A stretch of 64,000 nt of DNA from an uncultured bacterium (lineage in GTDB: Bacteria; Verrucomicrobiota; Verrucomicrobiia; Limisphaerales; UBA8199): assembly GCA_963749495.1 (NCBI GenBank), contig CAVVMW010000023.1, forward strand, positions 1 to 64,000, given 5' to 3'. Position 1 is the first letter of the stretch; each line of letters opens with the position of its first letter. Below are positions 11,146-20,665 of this stretch, piece by piece. Under the pieces are notes generated by a model, which was given only the letters and a program-made list of their open reading frames with translations, had not been told where the DNA came from and ran no database searches. The translations under genes and the position numbers were made by a program.

Positions 11146-11931
11146 TCAGAGCTTCCCCTTCTTGCCAGAGCCCTCGCCCGTCGCGCCGCCGGCCGGCATA
11201 ATGGAAAGCGCGGCCATCGTGGCGGCGTGCAGGCTCTTATTTATCAGGAAGTGAAGAACTCTGTGGCGAAATTCGAGCGCCTGCCCAGATAGTTCGTCCT
11301 CCTGCATGTAGAGCGTTTCACCTAGGGAGATGCCCTTACCGTCGCTGTCCAGACTTGCTGGCAGAGCATCCCCCGCCTTCAGGCGGAATATGGCCCGGGC
11401 AATGTCCTCGGCCGCCTTCATCCATCGACGGGCAGCGGCAGCGGGTACCGACTTCGCGTCCAGCCATGCCTCGAACTTGTTCTTCACCGCTGGGAGCCCA
11501 CCCCACGCCCATTGCGTCGGGGAAGTGGCGCCTTCCCTCTCCAGAAACTCTTTAAAGTCCCGCAGGAGAAAACCGGCCGTGAAGGCGTGTCGAGCGTGAT
11601 TGGCTTGTGCCTCAGCTACTTTCTCGGCGGCCCTGCATGATGCCTGATACTCACTCAGGGTCCAATCCTCGAAAAGTTCCTGGTCGTAGTCGCCCCTTTC
11701 CCAGAGCGCGTAACCGATGCCGCTGCCTATTTTGGCCTGCATCGGCGATGCAAAAGCCGCCGTGCCAGCGCGCCACGTCTCCCACCTTTTTTTCAAAGCC
11801 TCATTCTTGGATTCGCCCTGCAATACGCGCCACAAATGAGAGCGGGACACCCCGAGAACCTCGGCCGCCAGCCCGATCCCCCTTATGCGGGGTCGCCGCT
11901 GCGTCTTTTTTTCTGCTAAAACCTTTATCAT
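11146..11931 (-). CDS. HTH (Cro/Ner-like) fused to a DUF3102-like domain
   Basis: AAEVLGVSRSHLWRVLQG HTH; AFTAGFLL...FEAWLDAKSVPAAAARRWMKAAE. Confidence 0.65.
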   Translation of the reverse strand: MIKVLAEKKTQRRPRIRGIGLAAEVLGVSRSHLWRVLQGESKNEALKKRWETWRAGTAAFASPMQAKIGSGIGYALWERGDYDQELFEDWTLSEYQASCRAAEKVAEAQANHARHAFTAGFLLRDFKEFLEREGATSPTQWAWGGLPAVKNKFEAWLDAKSVPAAAARRWMKAAEDIARAIFRLKAGDALPASLDSDGKGISLGETLYMQEDELSGQALEFRHRVLHFLINKSLHAATMAALSIMPAGGATGEGSGKKGKL

Positions 11932-11938
11932 GAGGCCC

Positions 11939-11966
11939 ATGATAACAGCGCCAGGTTGTGAGTCAA
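11939..11966 (-). promoter_or_regulatory. Sigma70-like promoter (leftward)
   Basis: TTGACT-16-TATCAT, 7 nt before the ATG at 11931. Confidence 0.55.
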
Positions 11967-12087
11967 GCCTTTTGTTGCATCGGGCCGGAGAGGGTCAATT
12001 ACTCCACCGGCCACCGCGCACTTCGCCAATTCAATCGCTCTCGCCATGGCCGCCTTCCGGCGCCGTAAGAAAAAAGCAAAAAGGGGC

Positions 12088-12115
12088 TTGACTCTTATTA
12101 CCTATCCGGTAAGAT
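12088..12115 (+). promoter_or_regulatory. Sigma70-like promoter (rightward)
   Basis: TTGACT-16-TAAGAT, 8 nt before the ATG at 12124. Confidence 0.55.
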
Positions 12116-12123
12116 TCCCATCA

Positions 12124-12414
12124 ATGAGAACGTGGCTAATCGAACTTCGAGGAAGACTCCAAAGGGCTACGGCAGAGCGCGGCAAGCGGGCCGAGCTTGC
12201 CCGGGCTGTGGGTCTTCCGCCGCCAAGAATCTCAGAATATCTGTCTGGGGTGAGAGACCCAGGCGGGGAAACAACCCTCCGGCTGCTTCACTGGGTCGAG
12301 CAGCGGGAACGGGAAAAACAAAGCCCCGGCAGTGCTTCCACACCGCCGGAGCGGAAGACCCGATTCAGGAAGTCCAAGTATGAAAAACCAAAACCGAGTC
12401 CGCGGAAAGGTTAG
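12124..12414 (+). CDS. XRE-family HTH regulator
   Basis: RAELARAVGLPPPRISEYLSGVRDPGGETTLRL. Confidence 0.8.
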   Translation: MRTWLIELRGRLQRATAERGKRAELARAVGLPPPRISEYLSGVRDPGGETTLRLLHWVEQREREKQSPGSASTPPERKTRFRKSKYEKPKPSPRKG

Positions 12415-12895
12415 CAAAACCGCCCGGAAGCCTCAACCGAAATCCGCAGCCTTCAGGAATGCCCGCGCGGCGTTCCTGGAGCTCAGGCGAGCCACAAGTA
12501 CGCTGAACGATCATGAAGGGCTGGAACTGGCTGGCAGCCTGCATGGTTTGGCAGAGGGCCTTCGCGCATCGGCGCGCAACGGCGGCGAATGCCGCCCGGA
12601 CGAAATCATCTCCGAATACGCCAGCAACCTCATTTACTCGAATCAATGGATCAAGATCGGGCTCTCGCGTGCGGAGTCGGCAATCCTGACGCGCCTGGGG
12701 AAAGACTACGGTTTAGCGAAATCGCCGTGTGCATCGGCGGCGCGGCTTTTGATCAGATACGCCTTGGTCAACCTGCCTGCACTGGAGCGATCTTCCGTTG
12801 CGATCAAGAAATACTGTGAGGCTGAGGGCCTGCTAATCGAGCAGTACGTCGAGGCCCGGGCTCGCCAGACGCTTGATTCACTGGGGGTTCGCTGA
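12380..12895 (+). CDS. Hypothetical protein
   Basis: 171-aa ORF between the HTH and transposase genes. Confidence 0.55.
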   Translation: MKNQNRVRGKVSKTARKPQPKSAAFRNARAAFLELRRATSTLNDHEGLELAGSLHGLAEGLRASARNGGECRPDEIISEYASNLIYSNQWIKIGLSRAESAILTRLGKDYGLAKSPCASAARLLIRYALVNLPALERSSVAIKKYCEAEGLLIEQYVEARARQTLDSLGVR

Positions 12896-12968
12896 ACCGG
12901 CTGGGAGCGCGCGGCCCCGTAGATCGCAGGCCGCCACTGGGCAAATCTGCCGCCACTGCTTTCCCACT

Positions 12969-14831
12969 GTGGATGTTTCCGCACAGGCCATTGCCGAAGC
13001 TCAGGAGCTTGTCACGGTTCTTGATGAGTTTATCCGCCTTACGGAGCGGGAACATCTCAGCCACAGCGCCGCGGCCCGGCTGTTGGGGCGCCATCCGAGC
13101 CTATTCAGCGGGCCTGATTCCCCATTGGCGCGGTACCAGCGCGGGGGTTTCGCGGCGCTCTTGCGGGAGGCCCGCCAGGCGCCGGCCGCAACCGATCTGA
13201 CGCGGGAAATCGAGGCGCTGCCATAGTTCGTTCCCGCCGCGCGGTTTTTCTACCTCACGAGCAATGCGCAGCGTTACCGCGGGTCGATGCCCGAGGCCCT
13301 CCGCAGGACGATTGCGCTGCCCGCGCTGCCCGCCGGATGGCGCACAGGGACCCGGAGGCAATTCATGAAGGCTCTGGAGCGGAGCGAGCTTCCTGTGTGC
13401 CCCGTTGGCATCCGCGCGGCAATCCTCGGCCGCCAGGCCGCCGGCCAACCCCTGGTCCCGGAGCGCATCGCTCGCAAGATTCGCCTCGGCGCGGCCATGG
13501 TCAGGCAACGCCGGAATCCGACAAATGCCGGGCTCGATTATTTGAACGCTGCGGGCTCGCTGTTCTTTTTCACCCATCCCCTCACTGGCGAGCGCCGGCC
13601 GCCGCTCCCGGGCGAGGTCATTGAATGTGACGATGCTACCATAAATTTCCCCGTCTGTGTCCCTTGGACTCTGGGCGGCGATCCCTGTAGCGAGAAATTC
13701 GGGGTGAAACTGGGCCGCTTCCAGTGGCTTCTCGCCATCGATGCGGCCAGCCGATATATCCCGGCCTGGACGTACGTAATGCGGCCCCGATCCAGCTACC
13801 GGGCAGAGGATGCGCTTTCGCTCATGTATGCGCACGCCGTGCAGCACGGCATCCCGGTCCAGTGGCGGTTTGAGCAGGGTGTTTGGCGGTCAAAGTTGGT
13901 TCAGGGCGCTGTCAAGGCAATGGGCAGCGATCTGCGCACGGTTTACAGTCCTCATCAAAAGCCCCATATCGAGGGTCTGTTTAACACCCTTTGGACCAAG
14001 CTGTCCGTTGAGTTTCCCGAGGCCGATGTGGGCCGGTTCCGGGGCGAGAATGAGGCCGCAAATGAAATGTTCATCGCCTGCCATCGCGGGCACCGGGACC
14101 CGCGCAAGTGCTTCCCCTCGCTCAAGACCGCTGTGGCCGCCTTTCAGGAGGTGATCGCGGAGAAGCAGATGACCCCGGTCGAAAGTGAAGTCGGGCGATG
14201 GGTCCCCATGGAGCGATGGGCCGCGCGCCCGGAACTGCGGCGACTGGCGCCCGAAGCTGCCTGGATGTTCGCGCCCGTGGCCCGAGAGTGGACTGTTCGA
14301 GGAATGCTTGTCGGAGGGCGCATCCCGCTTTTTGAAGACCTCTCGGTCCCGTTCGACTTCTCCGCCCCCTGGCTTGCGCAGTACCACGGAGCCCGCCTGC
14401 GGGTCCATTTCGACCCCCGCGCGCCGCACTGCCAGGCCACACTTATCCTCTTGACCGCGCCGCCGGCTGGCAGCCAGGCCCGCACCGGCGACGTGCTGGG
14501 CACTGCCCGGCAGATCAACGAAATTGCCAGTTACGCCCGGCTCGTTTTGGGATGGGCTGATGATGCGCTCAATGCTGGCCGCGTGGCTCGCCAGCAGGCC
14601 GCCGCCGCGCTGCGCCGGGAGGTCCGCGCCATCATCCCCGGGCGCGCGGGCTATTCGAGTTCCACCGAACATGATGGCATTTCTATGACCACCGCCATTA
14701 AATCCGGACCCGGGGCCGGTGCCAAGGTCCCTGGGCTCGCGGCCGCCGGCTCGCAGTCCAGTGGCGATCTCAAGGCCCGTGAAGCGGAGGTCGCTGAACG
14801 GCTCAAATCCAGCCCGCTCGATTTTATCTGA
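12969..14831 (+). pseudogene. MuA/TnsB-like DDE transposase with an in-frame TAG at 13224-13226
   Basis: N-terminal HTH ORF and the 514-aa ORF share a frame (EALP*FVPAARFF); catalytic-type motifs IECDDAT, LAIDAASR, FEQG and KPHIEGLFNTL. Confidence 0.8.
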
Positions 14832-14847
14832 ACAACAGGCCAACCTT

Positions 14848-15878
14848 ATGAACGAACAAGCAATCATGGCGCTGCGCAGTCTCGCCCAGCAGATCGAGGC
14901 TTGGCGCCTGGGCCGCGGATTATCCAGAAACCAGATCTGCCAACGGTATGGCCAGCTCGGGAGCTCCAAGACATACGGCCGCATCCTCGACGTGGAAGAC
15001 GGCCTTGCACAGCTTGACGTTGCCGTCCAGACCGCTAATTATCAGGCCGCGTGGGAGCTGCTCCAAGTCTCCAAAGATGACCCCGAGGCCAACCGCATCT
15101 ATTCCGACTTTGAGTGGGTCCGCGCGGCGCTGGTTACCGTCACGGAGGCCCTCGATGAACCGGGGATCTCCCGCCTGGTGCTCATTACCGGCGGGACCGG
15201 CGCCGGCAAGTCCACAATCCTCGACCTCCTGGACCGTCACCCGATCACCAAGAATATTACCTACCGTGTCGAAGCAACGGAGGCATGGAGGGAATCCACG
15301 AATGAACTCCTTGGCGCCCTGCTCACTGAGGTTGGAGCCTTCGAGCGCGCGACGGATGACGCCGCCGCCAAGAGCCCCACTAACGCGCTGCCCCTTTCAC
15401 CAGGCGCCCGGCTCCGCAAGTTGGTCGAGCGTATCAATGGGCGTCGGGTTATTCTCAGCATCGATGAATCTCACCACATCGGCCCCGCCGGTTACAACAT
15501 CGTAAAGACGATCATCAACCAAACGCGCGCCGTCGTCGTCATGACCGCTATGCCCGAACTCATCGCCCGGATCAACCGGGCTAGTCACGCCGAGGCTGCG
15601 CAGCTCTTTCAGAACCGTCTTTTTGAGCACGTCCGGCTTACCCGCCCCGAAGCCGGCGATGTCCTGGAGTTCTGTAAACGCCGGGGCTCAAGTTCGGTAG
15701 CCAGGCTGATGCCGGCGCCATCGCGGCCAAGATCGCTGAAGACTCTGCTGGCTATGGCCTATGGAAATTCGTGGCCCGATGCTGTAAGGAAGCGCGCAAA
15801 TGCCCCTGCCCCGTTAGCACCGAGAGCTTTACAGCCGCCCTTGCCCGCGTCAAACGCTCCATTTCCTTAGGCGCGTGA
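14848..15878 (+). CDS. MuB/TnsC-like AAA+ ATPase (frameshift near 15685)
   Basis: Walker A GGTGAGKS and Walker B ILSIDESH; directly follows the transposase. Confidence 0.85.
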
Positions 15879-16119
15879 ACCGCCGGCCCCCGGCGGGAAT
15901 GTGGCGCCGCATGAGTCCTGTGGAGCCATGCCTGCGCCATGCCCGCGCCCCCCATGCCGCCCCGCCGTGGCCCGATTCAAAATAACACGATCAAGGGTCC
16001 CTTCCCCCGCCCCAGGCCCTTTCCTTGGACCCATTCTGGCTTGTGCTTCGATTCAAACCCGCCAATCGTGCTATATTTCACGATAAATCCAAGCTTTTCG
16101 TGCTATTTCGCGCTGTTTC

Positions 16120-16657
16120 GCTCGCAGCCCATAAGGCTGCCAGTCCAGCCGGTGGAAGTCCGGCGATGGTAACTGACGATGAACCATACAGTGATAACCG
16201 ACACGGGAAGGGGCGACCCGACCCGCGAAAGCTCGGTCGTAAAAGTCCTGGCCGGAGCAGGGCGAGCAACACCTCCAGGCCGTAGCATAAAGCGAAAGCT
16301 GCAGCTTCGTTACGCTACCCACGGGTTCCGGATTCGTGGGATTTGTGACTGCCGAACCGGTGCGAAAACGGCGAAGGCACAACCAACGATGAAGGCATCG
16401 TCGCAGGCAATCGTTGGAGTCACCGGAGTACGGGCGGCGGCATGGGGTGAAAGGACTGGCAGAGTAAATTGGGGACCCTCTGGGGCTGGCGGGTTGGTCC
16501 CGCAGCCTGGCGGAATAATGCATAAGCCGCTGGGTGGCCAACAGAGCCGCACATGTGGCCATAGTAAGCGACGAGCCGACCGGACAGCACAACCGGTTGG
16601 GGAGCCAAGGGCCACTGGACCCGCGGTCGTGGTCAGAGGTTCTCGGTGCCGAGTGAA
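16120..16657 (+). ncRNA. Group II intron, 5' fragment (domains I-III), no IEP or DV/DVI seen
   Basis: Starts ...CGCAGCCCATAAGGCTGC...GGTGGAAGTCC; contains GCGGCATGGGGTGAAAG and the DIII-like ATAGTAAGCGACGAG...GGAGCCAAGGGCC; cut by the IR at 16658. Confidence 0.7.
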
Positions 16658-17691
16658 GGGGTCAAACCATAACTTTTCACTTGACGGGACGCCAGGGGTA
16701 CTGGCAGAGTGTTGCCGATGCCGCGGCAAATCAGAGTCGAATACCCCGGGGCGATTTACCACATCTTGAGCCGTGGGGACCGCCGGGAAGACATTTACCT
16801 GGATGACGTGGACCGGCAGGACTTTCTCAAGACGCTGGCCGAGTGCTGCCAGAAGACCGGTTTCCAGGTCCATGCCTACTGCCTGATGCGCAACCATTTC
16901 CACCTGGTCGTCGAAACGCCCAACGCCAATCTGGTGGCGGGAATGCGCTGGCTGCTGAGCAGCTATACCATCCGGCTCAACGGCCGGCACAAGCTTTCCG
17001 GTCACGTGTTCAGCGGACGCTACAAGGCGATTGTGGTCGAGGGCAGCGGCAACGGGTATCTGCGCACGGCCTGTGACTACGTGCATCTGAATCCGGTCCG
17101 GGCAGGGCTGTTGGGTAGGGAAGAACGCTTGTTGGAGTATCCCTGGAGCAGCTTGGCTTGGTATTTGGCCGCGCCGGAACACCGACCGGGCTGGATGCGG
17201 GTGGACCGCTTGCTGGGCGAACACGGGATCCAAAAAGACACCGCTTGCGGACGAGAGCAGTTTGAGCGGCAGATGGAGCGCCGCCGCACCGAGGAGGACG
17301 ATGCGGCCCAATGGAAACCACTAAAGCGCGGCTGGTGTCTGGGCAGCGAGGAGTTCCGCGCCAAGCTGTTGGAGCAGATGGAGGCGCGCCTGAGTGATCA
17401 GCATTCGGGGAAGTTGAGGCGTGAGAGCGCCGAAGCCAAAGGGGAGCGCATCGTTGCGGAGGAGTTGAAGCGTTTGCGATGGAGCCAGGATGACTTGAAG
17501 GGGCACTTGAAGGGCGACCCGGCAAAGCTGGCCCTGGCGGCGCGGTTGCGGCGCGAGACCACCTTGACCATCCGCCAAATCGCCGAGCGGTTGCACATGG
17601 GCAGTTGGAAGAGCCTGAACAACAAGCTGTATCTGCGCCGCAAGACCGAGCCGGAGGAAGTCAAAAGGTGAAAAGTTATGGTTTGACCCCT
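16657..17691 (+). mobile_element. Y1/HUH (RAYT/IS200-like) transposase element with perfect terminal inverted repeats
   Basis: GGGGTCAAACCATAACTTTTCAC (16658-16680) and its exact reverse complement (17668-17690). Confidence 0.85.
16718..17671 (+). CDS. Y1 HUH transposase (RAYT-like) with C-terminal HTH
   Basis: MPRQIRVEYPGAIYH, NHFHLVV (HUH), YVHLNPVRAG, YPWSS; C-terminal TIRQIAERL HTH. Confidence 0.9.
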   Translation: MPRQIRVEYPGAIYHILSRGDRREDIYLDDVDRQDFLKTLAECCQKTGFQVHAYCLMRNHFHLVVETPNANLVAGMRWLLSSYTIRLNGRHKLSGHVFSGRYKAIVVEGSGNGYLRTACDYVHLNPVRAGLLGREERLLEYPWSSLAWYLAAPEHRPGWMRVDRLLGEHGIQKDTACGREQFERQMERRRTEEDDAAQWKPLKRGWCLGSEEFRAKLLEQMEARLSDQHSGKLRRESAEAKGERIVAEELKRLRWSQDDLKGHLKGDPAKLALAARLRRETTLTIRQIAERLHMGSWKSLNNKLYLRRKTEPEEVKR

Positions 17692-17702
17692 CCTCCGGTT
17701 GT

Positions 17703-19076
17703 GTGGAGAGCCAAGTGGACTACCGGGCTGGCGCTGAGACGCTGGGACGCAAGTTAGCGGAGGCGGGCAGCGATGCGTGGCAACTGCTGGAGTGGCTGGG
17801 CCAGCCCGAGCCATCGCGGGCGGCGACTGGACCCCAGGTGGAGTTGCTGCGGCGGGTTTTTGCCGAACAATTCGACGTGCGCGCTGGTCCGGCGGCACTG
17901 GCCGCCAAGGAGATCATCGTCGCGCCGGCCAGACCTGCGTCGGCCGCTTCCGAGGCTGTGGCGGGGACGGCCGCCGCGATAACCATGCCTCCCGACGCCA
18001 ACTCCGTCCCATCCGCGAGCAGCAGCCCGGCGGCGCCGCCCAGCCTACAGGAAGAGCTCCTGAAGGCAGGGGCGGCCGAACCGGCACCGGTGCCGGCTCA
18101 GGCAAATGGCGCGCCGGACCCGAATCGCTCAGTAAGTGGCCAGCCCAAGGACTACCCCACCCAGAGCCAGCCAGCGGCCAGTAGCCCGGAGGTCCAGCCC
18201 GAAGACAAAAAGCAGCCGGCCTTGGATCAGGTGCAAAATCCCCACGATCTGGATGCTGCCCGTGCCGCCAAGGGGCAAGGCGACAAAAAGAAGGAACACG
18301 TGGGCTACAAGATACAGGTGGCCGAGACGGTGTGTGAAGCGACGTTGGCGCCAGGCGAACCGACCCGCAATTTCATCGCCGGGATCGTGACCCATGCGGC
18401 CTATGAGAGCGACAAGGCTGGCGCGGAAAAGATGGAGGCCGAACAGGCGGCCATGGGTTTGGAGAAGCCTCCGGTGCAGTACGTGGATGGCGCTTACATC
18501 TCGGCCGACAAGCTGGTGGAAGCGGCGGCGGCGGGCAGGGAGTTGATTGGCCCGGCGCCGGCACCCGCCAACAACAACGACGGCCGTTTCACCACCCAAG
18601 CGTTTCAAGTCCAGGTGGAGCAGCGTCGAGCCACTTGTCCGGCTGGGCAGCCGAGCAGCCAATGCAGCCGGCTGGAGGAGCAGGCCACCGGGAGAGTGGC
18701 TTACCGTTTCGAATGGGACACCGCCACGTGTGCCGCTTGTCCTTGGCGCGGCCAATGCATCAAGGCCGAGCACAAGCATCGCACGCTGGTTGTGGGGGAG
18801 CATCACACCGCGTTGCAGACCCGCAGACAGGAGCAGCGCACCCAGGAGTTCAAGCAACGGATGAAACACCGCAACGGGATCGAGGGCACGCAAAGCGAGT
18901 TGGTGCGAGGTCACGGCCTGAGGCATGCGCGCTATCGCGGTCTGGCCAAAACCAAGCTCCAGAACTACTTCACCGGCGCGGCCTGCAACGTGAAGCGGTG
19001 GCTGCGTCGCCTCGCCTGGGAGATGGAGCAAGAGCCGGTGGCGGCCGGGCAAAGCCCGGCCGCGACGGCGAACTAA
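17703..19076 (+). pseudogene. 5'-truncated IS1182-like DDE transposase
   Basis: GYKIQVAET, YVDGAY, CPAG, CAACPWRGQC, RNGIEGTQSEL, RYRGLAK and AACNVKR; the N-terminus is missing at the Y1 element IR. Confidence 0.8.
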
Positions 19077-19294
19077 GACCGGACCGCCAGGTCCTTTTGC
19101 TTTGAAATTCCCGCCCCGGTCGGTTGGGGGTTGTTTTAGGGCGGCGCAGTGCTTTGGAGCACGGCCGCCGTTGTATTATCTTCCATTGGGGTTATCACAA
19201 CCAAAAGCATTTGGGTTTCTTGAGGCTTAGAAACTGCTGCTGAAAAACCCCCTGCATTTCTCCCGAATCCATACTATGGCTGACCCCTTTTTCT

Positions 19295-19435
19295 CCGTCC
19301 AGAGCCTGGCGCTTCATCATCAGATCGGCTTCAACGTAGAGGTGGGTAGTATTGGGGCTTTCGTGCCCGAGCCAGAGGGCGATGATTTCCGGGGCGACTC
19401 CACCTTGGAGCAAATGCATGGCGGTAGTGTGGGCA
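19295..19435 (-). pseudogene. Tyrosine recombinase C-terminal fragment (RIT-like)
   Basis: HTTAMHLLQGGVAPEIIALWLGHESPNTTHLY = box II with the catalytic Tyr. Confidence 0.8.
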
Positions 19436-19617
19436 TGCTGGGCATCAATGAAGCAGGGGATGCCGTTGTTGTAAACGAACCTGGCTGACGAATACTTTTC
19501 GGTCCTCTGGCTCTTGGCGGGCGCGTTTGTGGCATCGGAGCCTGGATTTTGTGCTCTCCGACCCGGGCGGCATTCCTTAGCACTTGAATTCGTGCGAGTG
19601 AGCGGTATTCTGCGGTC

Positions 19618-20496
19618 ATGACAACGCTGTTTCCCAAACATATTCGCCGTCGAGACTTCCTGGCTGCCGTGGGAGCCTTGGCCGCTACCTCTATTCTTGT
19701 TCCTGCCCGGTTACGGGCCGAAACCACGCACCGCAAGGGGCGCTTGAAGCAGAGCCTGTGCGGCGGCGTGTTCAGCGGCGCCAAGCTGGACTTCGAGGGC
19801 ACGTGCCGCGAGGCCGCGCGCCTCGGCGCCTGGGGCATCGACCTGGTTGGCCCCGAACGCTTCGCGACGCTCAAGCAATATGGTCTGATTCCAACGATGG
19901 TGCCCGGTGGGAGCGGCATCAAGAGCGGCATTAACGACAAGAACAACCACGCCGATATGAGCCGGAAAGTGGAGGAGAGCATCAAGGCGGCAAGCGCCGC
20001 GGGCGCTCCGAACGTGATCGTGCTCGCGGGCGACCGCAAGGGGATATCAGACGAGGAAGGAATGGACAACACCGTGCTGTTCCTCAATGGCGTGAAGAAA
20101 GCCGCCGAAGACAACAACGTGACCCTCTGCATGGAACTGCTCAACAGCAAGGTCAATCATCCCGGTTACATGTGCGATCATACCGCCTGGGGAGTGGAGG
20201 TCTGCAAGCGCGTGAACTCGCCGCGCGTGAAGCTGCTCTACGACATTTACCACATGCAGATCATGGAGGGCGACATCATCCGCACCATCCGCCAGAACAT
20301 CCAGCATATCGGCCATTTCCACACAGCCGGGAACCCGGGCCGTCACGAGTTTGATGACACCCAGGAGATGAACTACACCGGCATTTGCAAGGCCATTGCG
20401 GACCTCGGGTATCAGGGCTTCATTGCCCACGAATACACGCCGACCAAAGCGCCCCTGGAGACCCTGGACAAGATGATGACGCTTTGCGAGGTGTGA
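19618..20496 (+). CDS. Hydroxypyruvate isomerase-like TIM-barrel protein, Tat signal
   Basis: RRRDFL Tat motif; MELLNSKVNHPGY, LLYDIYHMQIMEGD, HFHTAGNPGRHE. Confidence 0.9.
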   Translation: MTTLFPKHIRRRDFLAAVGALAATSILVPARLRAETTHRKGRLKQSLCGGVFSGAKLDFEGTCREAARLGAWGIDLVGPERFATLKQYGLIPTMVPGGSGIKSGINDKNNHADMSRKVEESIKAASAAGAPNVIVLAGDRKGISDEEGMDNTVLFLNGVKKAAEDNNVTLCMELLNSKVNHPGYMCDHTAWGVEVCKRVNSPRVKLLYDIYHMQIMEGDIIRTIRQNIQHIGHFHTAGNPGRHEFDDTQEMNYTGICKAIADLGYQGFIAHEYTPTKAPLETLDKMMTLCEV

Positions 20497-20540
20497 GTTG
20501 GCCGTACATTTGCTTTGTTCTGACCCCGCTACTGGACATG

Positions 20541-20560
20541 GGGCTTACAAAACTGTAATT
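20541..20560. promoter_or_regulatory. Putative OmpR-family (CopR/CusR-like) operator
   Basis: GGGCTTACAAAACTGTAATT palindrome upstream of the lipoprotein gene. Confidence 0.35.
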
Positions 20561-20665
20561 CTCCAGACAGGCTGGGGTCATCCTCCGGAGGGTCAGATCT
20601 TGCGGATGTCATTATGGAGATGACATTGTGAAAATGACGGAAGTGGCTGTATTCTGACGAGTAGA

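Larger units (their letters stand above)
2700..16119. mobile_element. Mu-like transposable prophage remnant or satellite (ends approximate)
   Basis: DDE transposase plus AAA ATPase, HTH regulators, and virion morphogenesis, capsid and tape-measure-like genes in Mu-like order. Confidence 0.75.

Noticed and set aside
12969..15878. Tn7/CAST tnsB-tnsC
   Set aside because: No tniQ/tnsD or cas genes; neighbouring phage structural genes point to a Mu-like element.
16120..16657. Retron, DGR or IS200/605 omegaRNA next to the Y1 transposase
   Set aside because: No RT, TnpB or IscB gene; the motifs fit group II intron DI-DIII, and the sequence lies outside the element's IRs.
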